A stretch of 63,506 bases of DNA, the filler included, from Sluysia triapertura (lineage: Eukaryota), in NCBI GenBank assembly GCA_046118255.1. It is 5 parts of 5 records of this genome, joined end to end, with 100 filler letters (N's around TTAATTAATTAA, not from the genome) between each part and the next. Parts side by side here need not be neighbours in the genome. Positions count along the whole stretch, not along the records: positions 39,676 to 52,380 come from JBJNIA010088352.1; positions 52,481 to 63,506 come from JBJNIA010189975.1; 3 more parts are not named here. One strand, 5' to 3'. The stretch's first letter is position 1. Each line of letters opens with the position of its first letter. Under the pieces are notes generated by a model, which was not told the DNA's origin, did no database searches, and saw only the letters and a list, made by a program, of their open reading frames with translations. Made by a program: the position numbers and the translations under genes. Of this stretch, positions 41,722 through 54,621 are shown piece after piece.

Positions 41722-43835
41722 TAGGGTGGTTTGAAAAAAGAGAAAATATTGGAATATCATTACGGAACTCCATATTTATTTGACAAATGACCTCCGAAAT
41801 AAGAAACAAAATTTTAAATTGCTTTTGTATTACAGAAAGTGACCGATTTATAAATCTGAAAAATTGCATTAACCAGTTTTTTCAGCTTTATGCATTCTAT
41901 TGTTACTTTATTAATTTTAAGATTTAGCATGTTTATTTTGCTTCTAATTTGTGTGCCTGTTGTTTATTTCGATTGTAGATTATTTATTTAGAACAATATG
42001 TTGAATGTTTTGCAACTTAATGGCTACAAGAAGCGTAACACGGTGCACTGTATTTGGCCTTGGCAGTATACTGCCAACAAATCTTCAAGTTGCACAGCAT
42101 TTCTTGCATATGAGAAAAAGAAAGAATGATTCAAACAAAGACAAATAAAGAACTGTGTCAGATGCTGTTATCAGTCTGTGGAACAAAGTTTCTATTCCAA
42201 CGATGCATTACCGATCTGTAATCAAACGTGTGGAAGCAATGATTTCAACATGTTCAGAACTGTCTCGTTCTAAATCAAGTTCAACACGTCAGTCTACCTT
42301 TCTAGCCACTTTGGACTCATTGCTTGATTTGGCTGCAGTATGTGCAGTATGTCTTATGACAATTCTACAAAACAAGTAAGCGTATCTTGTCATTGTCCGA
42401 GAAATTTGAAAGTTCCACCAAATGAACTGTTGTTTTTATATTATCAAAGAAACTCTTGCAAAATGTTTATTGCAAGTATAGACTTACAAGCAACAACCAG
42501 ATTGCAGAAGCGTTTACGACGGAAAACTAAAGAAGAAACGAAATGTAAAATATCAAGAAAATTTTCAGATGCTGAAAGTAACTTAAATCTTAGTGAAGAA
42601 CAATCTAGTAACAGTTGTGCAAGTGTTCAAAGTGTTGTACATGACAACGATAACGAGGTACTTCATGATAGTGATGATGTAGCTGAAAGTCAGATGTGAA
42701 TAACCCTTCCAAATTTTGCAAAAGAAGCAGACAGTTATGGTATATCAGACACAGCAGTAGCATCCATAGCAACATCAGTGCTTATTGATGGTTGTGAGAG
42801 GTTGAAGTTAAGAAAATGTTTGTAATGTGATATGCCACAGTCATCAAAAGCTATCACAAGTATGTACTTTGATGGTAGACGAGACACAACTTTGGTCAAA
42901 GTAAACAGAAATACCAAGGGATATGATGACACTACTATTGAAGATCATTATGTTGCGGTTGAAGAACCAGGGAGCAGCTATCTGACACATGCGACGCCTT
43001 CATCAGACAAAAGTATTGACATTGCTACCAGTATTGTAACTGTAATTAGAGAGCAATGTGCAAGTGATATTATCTTAGCAATAGGCTGTGACAGTACAAA
43101 TGCAAATAGGTGGCTTAGGACGTCCTCTGAATTGTTTCATATGTTTGCTACAAACAAATTAACTATCACTGTGACATCTGTTTACAACACTGGATAGGCC
43201 AACATCTGGAGCAACGAGTTTCATTGGTCCCATTGGTCATGAACTTTAACACTGCGAACTGAAACATACTGCTAATTTTACAAAGATTACAAGTCAACAC
43301 AATATGTGTGTGTTAGATGAGGATATGTTAGCTGATCTGTCATGTGACCAGAAATATTTATATGATATTGTAACAGTCATTAGAACTGGTGTTGTTTCTG
43401 AAAATTTATCAGCTAAAAAGCTTGGTCCCCTAAATCACTCACGATAGCTTACTTTTGCCAACAGGGTTTGCCGCCTCTATCTTGCTATAGACAATACTTC
43501 TGCTAACCTTTGCATCATCACACACTTCATTGTCACTAACTATGCTGCAAACTGGTTCACCATAAAGCGCAATCCCTCATGCACATATTGTGCAAGATAT
43601 GTCTATCATGCAACTCAACTTCTCAAAGAACTTTCTAGTGAAACTGCTGCTATTGTCAAGCCTTGCTTTAGTCGCGGTTCATATTTTGCTCATTCCGAAA
43701 ATATTCTTATTGTTATGCTGGCAGATTCAGACAAAAGTATTCTTTCAAAAGAAGTTGATATTATACTCCAGTGAAGACTCCATGCATCTACAGTTGCAAT
43801 ACGTCTGTTTAAAGTTCCACTGATTAACTATGATT
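41722..43835 (+). mobile_element. hAT-superfamily (hATm-like) transposon with a decayed transposase, 3'-truncated
   Basis: TAGGGTGG terminus. LWNKVSIPT, CHC...VPPNELLFLYYQR..KMFI, MYFDGRRDTT, IGCDSTNAN, ICLLQTN*LSL*HL (CxxH block), DLSCDQKYL and HSR*LTFANR (RW motif). Several stops and frameshifts. Confidence 0.8.
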
Positions 43836-44091
43836 TTGATTTGATTAACTATATAAAAAGTTGGATTTATATAACTATAATTGTGATATAAAGAAGTTGA
43901 TATTAGAATTATATTTGTCATAGGTTTGATCTGTGTAACTGTTATATAAGAATATATCGAGATTCAGTTTTATTTGATTTTTTCTTAGTTATTAAAGAGG
44001 GATATTAGTAAACGGATAAACACACAATGATAAGGGTAACAATAATGATAATAAAATTGTAATAATAATGATGGTAATAAAATGGAATAAA

Positions 44092-44131
<40 letters not shown>

Positions 44132-46932
44132 AATAAATTAATAATAATAAATAATAAAATAAAATTCATAATAATGATAAAATAAATGAAACAATAAGAA
44201 ATATATGAATTCTTTATTTCACAAATTTCTCTTTCTTTAATATTAAAATTCTTTTTCTTTTCTTTGAATATATAATAAAAATGTAAAGAGAATTTATGAA
44301 GGAATATCTAAAGAGAGTAACAACGTAGTTAAAGGTGTTAAATGAAATTCCATTTATTTTATAATATTTTAAAATTAAAAATGTAAATTTAATGATTTTT
44401 TATGGTACTGATGATTTTGTTGTTGTAGAATTATGAAATTTAGTATGTTCTAATGTACTAGAATTTTGAAAGATAAGGTTGGCTACCACACTATTATCAT
44501 TATTATTATTACCATTATTATTATCATTAATATCATCATCATAGTCATCAACATCATCATCATTATTATTATTATTATTATTTTGTAGTTAATATGTTGA
44601 GGTTGTGATTGAACAGTTTAATAAAATATTATTGTTAGAATCAAATAGTTTAACAACCATTCTATTACTAAGTTTTAAATTATGACTGAAATTTCTTATG
44701 AAGATTGAAGTACTTTTTAAAACATTTGTTTTATACTTAAAATAAATGGCAATCAACAATAATTTAAATATGACTTGTAAAGTGAATAAACACGAAATGG
44801 ATAATATATTAAAATTTTTACATATACAAAATTTATTTACAACAGGAAAGATGAATTTCAAATGTGGAATCATTTTAATAAAATGTGAACAGAAATCTTT
44901 ATTTATTTATTTCTTTAGTTTGTTGGAGAATTCGACAGGATATGGCTGAATAAACTAAATTACGAATCCAAATAAATAAGACAACATCCTCATGATACAA
45001 TTAAATTCGTGCATTTATTTGGCACTCGATCGACGAGAAAAATTCGTTTTTTATTAATTGTATACTTCGATACGTATTTATTTAATAAAATACCCAATTC
45101 AAGATTAGATATTTTACAGCCTTATTATGACCTTGATCAACAAAATAAAACTTGGCATCGTTTTTGAAGTAGATTGTATGAATTTTATTCATAAGATGAT
45201 AGAGCGACCATCGACTGAAATAATTACACACTTGTGCGTCATTTTATCAAAAGCATAATTGACATTATCTAAATTCATAGATAAATTTCGTAAATATTTT
45301 ATCAATTATGAGTTGTGTAAGATTTACTTTACGCAAAGAAAATATCTATATTCTAATTTTATCGATTTGTAAATAACTAATAACTACAAATTTTAGTAGT
45401 AGATTTATATTGAATTAAACAGCAAAAATTATACCTTCTTTTTTCGAAATTATTATTAATAGTAATAGCAATATCATTAGAAGTTGTTGTTTTAAGAATG
45501 CAGTCAGTATGAATCGGAACTAAAGTTACTACTGATTCAGTGTGAGCACGAATTATTGACTTTTCCACTACATGCATACATTACTAGACATCGAATGATA
45601 AGGATTAGATGGTTTCCGTAGTAATAAATCAATTTGAGTAAGGTTCTCGATGTGCAAAGCAATATTCTGAAATAAATTTATAAATTGCTGATAATTATGA
45701 TAAGCACGAATAAATGTGATTCCACATCGTCAGACATGTGTCACATTATTTAAAATGTCTTAAATTTTTTACACAAAGAGTATTTCCATGTCTGATAAAT
45801 ATATATATCAAATTAATATAAGAGTATAAAAATATTTCAGCATTTCGTGCCTCTGTTTTCGTAATGGTACAAGATGTTGAGGCAGCTGTCGTATTTGTAG
45901 AAGTAGCATTAGTTATTCTAGATGAATTTGAATGTATTACATTTGATTCACAACAGAAAGAGAAACCTTGAGCTTTCATTTGTGATTTATTAAAGTTAAT
46001 CGATTTACTTTTCAATACTGGAAGTGCCCCACTCATTTCTATTCTGTGCAATCTTTCTCGTATATTTACATCGTTCTTTGTAGCAGTCTTTCCGTGATAA
46101 TGAAAAGAAATACTGATCAATGAATGTTCTTGTTCAAGTGTGACCAATTGAAAAAGAAAGACGTGTGATAGAGGGTTAGGAAGAATTTAACTGAGAATGA
46201 GGAAACTAGTTATGGTAGAGAATTAAGAAGAGTTGAAATTGTGTCTATAGAAATTTCATTGATATAAAGAGCTGCTTTTACGATTATTTTGGTGTTTTAT
46301 GTTGATGGTTAAGCATTTATGAGATTGTGTATGTTTTTTGTTTATTGTTACTATGGCTGGACCTCTGAAGGATTTTCTTGCCCTACTCAATAATTAAACT
46401 CCCACTGAATGATTTAACAATAAATCTAATACAATAAAAACAAGAATGAAATTACAACGTAATGTTATGAATTTCGATGGCTTTTTAATAAAATAAAGGT
46501 AGAACCAGATGTATATATTATACTATATATGTATACTATATAGTATATAAAGGAAGCACCTAAGAGCAACTATTATTCCAAAATGAGACATGTTTTGTAT
46601 TATAAAACATTGATTACCAATTAGAAATTTATTGTGAATAATCTAGAATTTTATTTCAAAAAACACTCAATAAGGATAATGAAAATTCATGATTTTCAAG
46701 ACAATTATAATACTGTCATTTATTTATTGATCATGTTCATAAGACAAAATCAGGTGCATCTAAATAAAAAACTGGAGCAGAAAATTTATCCGGTGCACTG
46801 GGAACAGCCCCAAAGCTAACTAAAAGGGTGCAATGGTACTAAGGATGAATTTTTGAGTTGCAGATTTAATTATCAATTCTAAAACAGGTTTATTTGAATT
46901 AGAGTAGATCATTCTGATCAATTGTTCTGACA

Positions 46933-47130
46933 TCAATTAAGAACATTTGTGGAGAGGAAGTACCGCAGGCCTATGTCAGGTCGTCGAGAGTCACTGATAA
47001 TTGGCATAGGTGAATCCTTGATGACCAAGAATATCTTCTGGGTCATCTTATCCTCTTGGTAGTTAAGGATTTTGTTGTGACCCACTGTTCTGGCTGTGCT
47101 CCTGTGAGGACATAGGGAGAGCACGTGTAG
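46933..47130 (-). mobile_element. RLE non-LTR retrotransposon fragment (CCHC end plus RHN and RPD motifs)
   Basis: LHVLSLCPHRSTARTVGHNKIL...DSRRPDI, as in R2/NeSL-type elements. Confidence 0.7.
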
Positions 47131-47735
47131 CTCCGTGTAACAATTTTAGATTATTATAGATAATTATACTAAATGGCACTTTAGGCCTGTATCCCACCAT
47201 TATTATTATTATTATCATTGTCATTATTATTAAGAAAAAATAACTTACGTCATTACTCAGACGTAATACATTCATTCAGCTGAATTATCTATTTAAATCA
47301 TTTTAGACAAACTTTCACTTTCATTACCTTCATTAAAATGGAGTGTGAGTGGATAAAAATGAACATTTTTGCATGTTTATTATTCTTGATAAGTATAATC
47401 TTTAATAAAATTATTAAAATATAATTACTTACCTTTGAAGAGTTATAATATCGCACAGTTGTATTACACTTACGTAGAACATTATTAAATGTTGATAAAT
47501 AATTTGTTATTTAATTTTAAAATATGATAATAAATTCAAATCATTCAAAAAATTAGATGAAATAAATGATTTATTTTAATTATCTAGAGTCTAGACTCAA
47601 ACAATAAGAATAACTGAAAAAAAGAAATTAAATTATTTAATAAGATTGGTTACTTTAAGTAATAAGTAGATAAAATTTAAAGAGTTTATTTAATAAAAAT
47701 ATTCTTTTGAATAACATAAATACAAATACACTCAC

Positions 47736-47847
47736 TTGCACCCAGAACTCCTCCATTATTGTGAACACCATCGTTAGTTGCATTTCCCAAACTTTGTACA
47801 TAGAACACAGATCACAAAATGTCATTGATATTGCCATAAAGTTCAGC
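47736..47847 (-). CDS. Class I cyclic-nucleotide phosphodiesterase, catalytic-domain exon (PDE10/11/5-like)
   Basis: TTTGTAG acceptor, GTGAGT donor; phase 2/0. LNFMAISMTFCDLCSMYKVWEMQLTMVFTIMEEFWVQ resembles MMTACDL..TK.W......I..EFW.(G)D. Confidence 0.88.
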
Positions 47848-50800
47848 CTACAAATATATAATGTTTTTACATTGTAAAACTTTCCAGAAAAAGATTTAAC
47901 ATTTTAAACTGTGAATAAATAAAAACGGTAAAGATATTTTTAATCAATAACAAACATTTGCTATCACAAAACATTTTCGAAATGCAAGAAAATAAAGCAA
48001 TTCCATCAGAGAAGCCTTTTCTTGCCTGGACAATATTAAATATTGATTTGTTGCTTGTGCTGTGGTTTTTCTAACACTTAACCTAGGGTAAAATATTTTT
48101 CAGCAGGGTCCGGTTACAGTAAACATCTTACGTCTTGAAGAAGTCGTTTCTGTAACTATATAAGCTAATATTTTATCTGAATATAAATATTTTGTAGTTA
48201 GGCTCTTTAACAAATGCTCAAATGATGAAATTTAATAACTCATCCTAGATCTTTTAATAATTAAATAAACACAAAAATATCAACTTTATTCACGAAATAC
48301 CAAAAAATCTTAGAGTAATAATAAGAAAACAGAAGACAGTAATAAAAAGTATTTTAAAGATTAAAACTCCAAGAGCGTTTAGTCTAATATCTATAATAAT
48401 TTGAGTGTATATTATCCATCAATATATCGGGGACCTAAAAGTTTACGATGATTTTATAATTTCAACTTCTAAAGTTAATTTGCCAATGAAATTGAATGAA
48501 TTTGATTAGTTGTTCTTCTGTAGATATTTCCCAAATATGGAACCGACTATGAATTGTCAACAATTACTGAAATTTCACATTTACTTCAACAATGACGCTG
48601 CAAAATTGTACCAAACGGAGATTTACAAATAGCGATTAACTAAACTGATGATAGTTTATATATTAGTCATCAGCCAATAAGAATCGATGGAATGTTCTAT
48701 TTTATTTTTACAAGCAAATTGTCTTTTTTCGAAAAATTATTTCCTTTTTGGAAAATAAATATTTTAAAGTCATTTAAAAAGGTTTTAAAAGATTTTTAAA
48801 GCATTTTAGATGATTTTAGAGAGTTGTAATGAAACACAAGAAATATTATAAGGTATAAAAGTACTACATAGTTTATCTGGTTGTGCTGCACAATTTCAAG
48901 TAGACATTTAAAATTCAAAAGGACCCTGTACATTTATTGTTTAGGTCAGAGTATCACACATATTTAGAGGGAATGAGTTTATTAAAAGTGATATTAGTAA
49001 AATGACTTATGTAAATTTGGTGATAACTTTACACTGATTGGTCAAAATTTTTGAAGTTCATTGGTCAACAAAAAACTTATTAAAGGCTGCAATAGAGCTC
49101 TATTTGTTTAATCGGTATTGTTTTATCGACTTGGATATGATACGAGAGAAATCACACCGCGTATTAGTGCACCATGGACAGAAAAAATTTTATACTCCAC
49201 ATAAATAGAACAAATAAAACATTTCGTCATTTTGGAAGCCAAAATAGTATGTATGTAAATTAAAAGATTATTCACTGGTTAATTTTGGAAGTGGAATGCA
49301 GAATTATGAGGCGTAAGAAACCAATAGAATATATTTCATATACAATCAATTACAAATAGACGAATCAATTAATTTATACAAGATATCAACTAAGCTTGGT
49401 ACCAATGCATATTTCAACCTGAAATTTTTCCTGCCTTCAGTTATTTGAAATACAATATTTTAGCTAGTTATAAAGTTTTTGTGTTTGGTATTAAAAACGT
49501 GTAATGTGCTAAGGTAGTTTTTTATTTTTATAATTTAATTAGTTCCTTAGAAATTAATCTATTAATATAACTTTACTTTAAAATGAGTTTAAAGGTGGAC
49601 AAAATTCCATCGTATTTGTAAATATACATACAAGTAATTTAGACAGTGAACCTGAATGTGTTAACGTATTTGATTCATTTGCTTTTATTATCCAAATTCA
49701 TTAGTTAATCGTCTTATTCAAATGGGTAGACCTGTGAATTTCAATAGACAAAAAATTCAAAATATGCTAAAATTCTGTATTTTATGGCTGCATTATCAAT
49801 ATTTGTGTCAATAATTTTATTTAAATACATCTTAGTGTAAATTGTCTTCTTATTAGTATAAACGAAAAATTTAGAGGCCGAAAGAAATATAAAATGAATT
49901 TCAACTTCATTGATATAGAAATTTATGTTAAAGAATTATGTATTATGAATGTGGAAGTCTGGTTTTCTGCAATTCTTGAAACTAAAAAAGCTAAAACAAC
50001 AAACAGATATTTACATCAAGTATTATGGTACATTTGCAGAGTGCGTATCTCAAGAAATCAAATTCAAATAAGATATTAAACAGTCAGTATCTTCTATATT
50101 TGGTGTAGAAAAGTACATGCATGTTGAAAAATTATTTCCACAGTTGAAAATAGCTTAATGAGATATAAAACATAACAAACTTAAAGCGGTCCCGAAAAAT
50201 ATAAAAGATAACGTAGTTATGTCGTTATCCTAACAATCATTGTGCATATTTTTTATATATAATTTTTATAGGCGTTGTATAATTAAATAAGTGTGTTTAA
50301 TTTGTTTTTAATTATTATCAAAATTTATATTAATAAAGTTTGTACTTAAATTTTTTTAAATTTTTGTCATCAAAATTATTTTAAAATCAATAGCCATTAG
50401 TACATTATTGATAAAAATTAACTAAACGATGACGTTACTTTTTTAGTACAGTATTTGTTTTAGGTATTATTTTATTCAACAAAGAAGATGACTCATTATT
50501 TAGCACATGTTTTTCTTTATTAATAAATAATTTATAGAATTACAATGAAGGCATAAATTTTTCGGACGCAATTATTTTATATATATTGAAGTGAGTTTTT
50601 ATTATTCATATAATTAATTTTTTATGTGAAGTAACAGAAGTAACATGCAGATAAACATGTGTAACACAATTTGATACTTGGAAAATAACCTAAAAAGATA
50701 TTTCAGAAATCAAAAATGTATAAAAATAATTTTATTATTTTATTAAATTAATTTTTAGATTATTTGCAAATAGCGATCAAGGCCGAACATGGAAATAAAA

Positions 50801-52125
50801 ACAAGATGTAAAAAACAACTGTTATTTTTATTAAGGCTTTGGCGGACAAGGCGAATATAACAGTCAACTTAAAATCTAATAAGCGTGCTAAGTCCGTCGA
50901 AGAGTTAAATTCTTTTTTTATATTTACAAATAACCAATGAAAGCGAAGATAGTGTACAAAAATATAAATAAAGTCGAAGAAAATGGAACTAATGCATTTA
51001 AATAGGACATAGGTTAAGGAAGAGACCTTTAATCTATAAAATTATTCATTTGGAAAATGATTTAAGTAATAATTACCAAATTTTAAGTTGCAATTTAAAT
51101 GATCCAGATTTAAAATCAGAACTTTTCCTAACAAAAAGATAGTTAAGAGAAATTAAAAATCCATTAGGAAATATTAAAATCCAGGCAGGAGCTAAGGTAA
51201 AGTTTAGTAAGGATAGTGAATAGTATGTAAGGTGTACAATAATGATATTATAAATTTTGTAACAGATTCAATAAATGAAAAACACAAGTATACACAGAGT
51301 TAGTTAGTGATTGTGTTGTAAACCAAATTTTAGAGTTGCATTCTATTATAACAAAATTTTCAGATTTAACATTTTTAAGTGTAGGTCATATATTAATACA
51401 CGTTAATAAAATAATGGCAACTTATGTTTTTCATATTCAATATTATCAATTTTGAATTATCCATGACTACATTTAACATATTTAAATTTTAACGAATGAA
51501 TAACTTACAGATATATGTTTTTAAATTTATAGATATTGATGAATATTATATCCATGATAAGGACGATATATTGATGATTTTAGTTTATTATTTAGTAATA
51601 CTTAATATTTAATATTTAGCAAAAACATCATTACAAGTTTAGGTTGGTATTAGTAACAAGACATTTCGGACAGTCACAAAATGAATGCTGTTTAAGGAGA
51701 TGGAGATTTCTTATAACGATCATTACAATATTAATCATATACTGCGATAATCACAAAAACTTCCCAGAAATAACCATCATACATATACATTATGTAAGTG
51801 TGGTTGGATTTCAAATTGAGAGATAGACGATCATAACGGATTTGCAATTCATTTTTCTGATTAACTAACTATTAAAAAATAAATTACCCATAAGCTCATT
51901 TACAATTTCTTAACACCAAATCAAAATTTAATATAATACTCACAAAACCTAGTGCACGACAATCAACCAATCAGATTGCTGAAAACTTGTATGATATAGT
52001 TGACGTCACATTGTTTATTTCGGGAATTATTATTTTCATTTTCATTTTCTTTTTCATGCACGTTAACAACATAATAAATGTGTTCAAAAATTCAAATTAA
52101 TTTTACGATACAATTTAACAAATAC

Positions 52126-52307
52126 CTATTACTATCAGACCAATCATCTATCGCATTGACTTCCTCGATCGGTTTACCATTAGACATTTCTTGTTTCAGT
52201 TTGAAAAAGTTTACTAGATCTGTTGCCAGGATACAATGTTTGATATTTGATAACATGAGACTATAATTAGCATCTGAAAGATTCTGTAATATATTGTGAC
52301 CACTCCT
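52126..52307 (-). CDS. Class I cyclic-nucleotide phosphodiesterase, catalytic-domain exon
   Basis: RSGHNILQNLSDANYSLMLSNIKHCILATDLVNFF carries the ILATDL motif. 182 nt, phase 0/2, splicing in frame to 47847. Not in the ORF track. Confidence 0.9.
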
Positions 52308-52308
52308 C

Positions 52309-52380
<72 letters not shown>

Positions 52381-53379
52381 NNNNNNNNNNNNNNNNNNNN
52401 NNNNNNNNNNNNNNNNNNNNNNNNTTAATTAATTAANNNNNNNNNNNNNNNNNNNNNNNNNNNNNNNNNNNNNNNNNNNNTGAACTGGATGTAGAAGTTT
52501 ATTAAGTTAGAGATAGTTGAAGTATGAATTGATTTGTTGTTGAATATAAGCTAGTGAGGTATTGTGATTGTGGGATGTTGTTTCGTGAGATTATGATGAT
52601 GCAGTTGTATAATAAGGATGTAACTGTTGAGAAAATGGTATTTTAATGAGATTAAGTTTAAAATTGTTGAATTTAAATTTAAGTTATTAATGTTGACCAC
52701 TACAATAATTAACATGAAGAAGTGGAAAAAGGAATCAGAGAGGTGAAGGTGAAAACATCTAGAGCCTCCCGAATGCCTTATAAACTACTAAATAACTTTA
52801 AAACCTCAATAAAACCTTTAAACATGGAATAAGATTAAGTCTAAAAATAGATTAATTAATTAAAAATCTTAATTAACTTAATTAAGAAAAAAATACGCTT
52901 TTGTGAATAACTTTTGAATGCGAGGAGCTATGTTAAATTTGAAACTGTGTATGTATTTGTTTCGAAAATACCTTTCGATGAAAGTATGGTTTGACCGAGT
53001 TCATGCAAAGAAAGCCTTAATATTGAGCAAAGTCAAATTTTAATTAATTTGTAATTATGAAATGTTGAATTTTTAATACTTATGGTGATGCAAATGTAAT
53101 GAATGGAATATGAGATGAGTGCTACGAAAAAGGAGAATCTATAAGTGAACTCGAAATGTTTGAAAATGGTTCGTTTGAGAATAAGTACCTTAAAACATTT
53201 TTCATTGGAAAATTTGGTGTGAAAAATATAAGTTAATTAAAAAATAGAAAGTGAAATTAAATTCATTACTTTATGTATGTTAATAGTATTGCTGATTGTT
53301 AAGTAACAATAGATCGAGTAGAGTAAAAGGAAATGATGGTTGATAATAAATCAGATTCTTATGTTTTGTACTTAATGAA

Positions 53380-53620
53380 GTTTTACCATGTAATTATCAG
53401 AGTTGTTATTGTCTGTTTGATTCTCAAATAGGTTAGGATGATTTGTGTGAGAGAATGTTTGGTTGTGAGACTGAGAATTGATTGCATGATGAGAGAATAT
53501 AAAATAAAAATTTCTAAATTTTTACAACACAATAACAACAAGGACACTATTATGCAATAATTCAGTGAAGATCCATGCTTAGGGTAATGTTCTTGTTTAT
53601 TTTTTATTTTATTATTTTAA
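53380..53620 (-). repeat. Dispersed repeat; inverted homolog of ~26560-26800
   Basis: Shared blocks GCATGGATCTT...TCTCTCATCAT(C/G)CAATCA...CTCTCACACA...ACAATAAC...TACATGGTA. Confidence 0.75.
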
Positions 53621-54621
53621 AATTAAAATAAGAGGAAAGATAATTTTAATATCATTTGGTGGGAGACTCTCTTATTTTAAAATATATTGTATTTTTTTTA
53701 AGGATTTTAATATTATTTTGTGAGAGACTTAATATTTGAGAGACTTAATATTTAATATTTGTCGTTAAAATATTAGATTTATCCATCAATAATATTTTCA
53801 ACTTTCTAGATATTGATATTTTTCAGACTCTGTTGCGTCACTCCTGGTTTTTTTATAGACTGTCTTATTCTTGATACTATATACGTTATTGCTAATTCTG
53901 TAGTTTTAGTTATTTTATAGTAGTTAGTAAAGACTTATAACAGTAATTTACTGTATTTGATTTTTTATAATCATTAAATTACTGAATTGTCGTTTATTTT
54001 ATTTTAAAACACTTAGTTTTTGGGTTGAATAAATAACATTATCGAAATAAGGAAATTTGTGATAATTTATATTGAATTTAGTGATTAATTATTGAGGTTT
54101 TGTTAAATAGAGTAATCGGTAGTAATATTATTGCGTACAAAGACGCAAGACTTGTATCACTGTATTAAAAATATTAATTTCTTTTATTTGTGAATAATTT
54201 TCGATTACGAACAACGTTTTGACAAATTAGTTGAACCACAACTAAAAAAATAAATGGACACATTCGAAAATTTGTAAGTTAATTTAATTCTGACCTCAGT
54301 ATTAGACAGAATAAAAAGCCAGATATTAAACATTGGGTAATAGAGCAAATAAGTTGAGGATATAGTATATTACACATATTACGCATATAGCATATTACAC
54401 GTTATTGCTAGTCGTCATAGTTACAGACACCCTTATTGCACGTTTTTAGTCGTGTACTGTAAGAAAAACAACAGCAATTGAAGCAAAATAATGTAATATT
54501 TAACAGTTCAGAATAACTAAATAAAACAAAATTAGAATTTAATAAATTTGGTATTATACAATGAATTGAAAAATATATTTATTATTAATAATCAATTTTA
54601 AATATTCAAATACTTTTTAAA

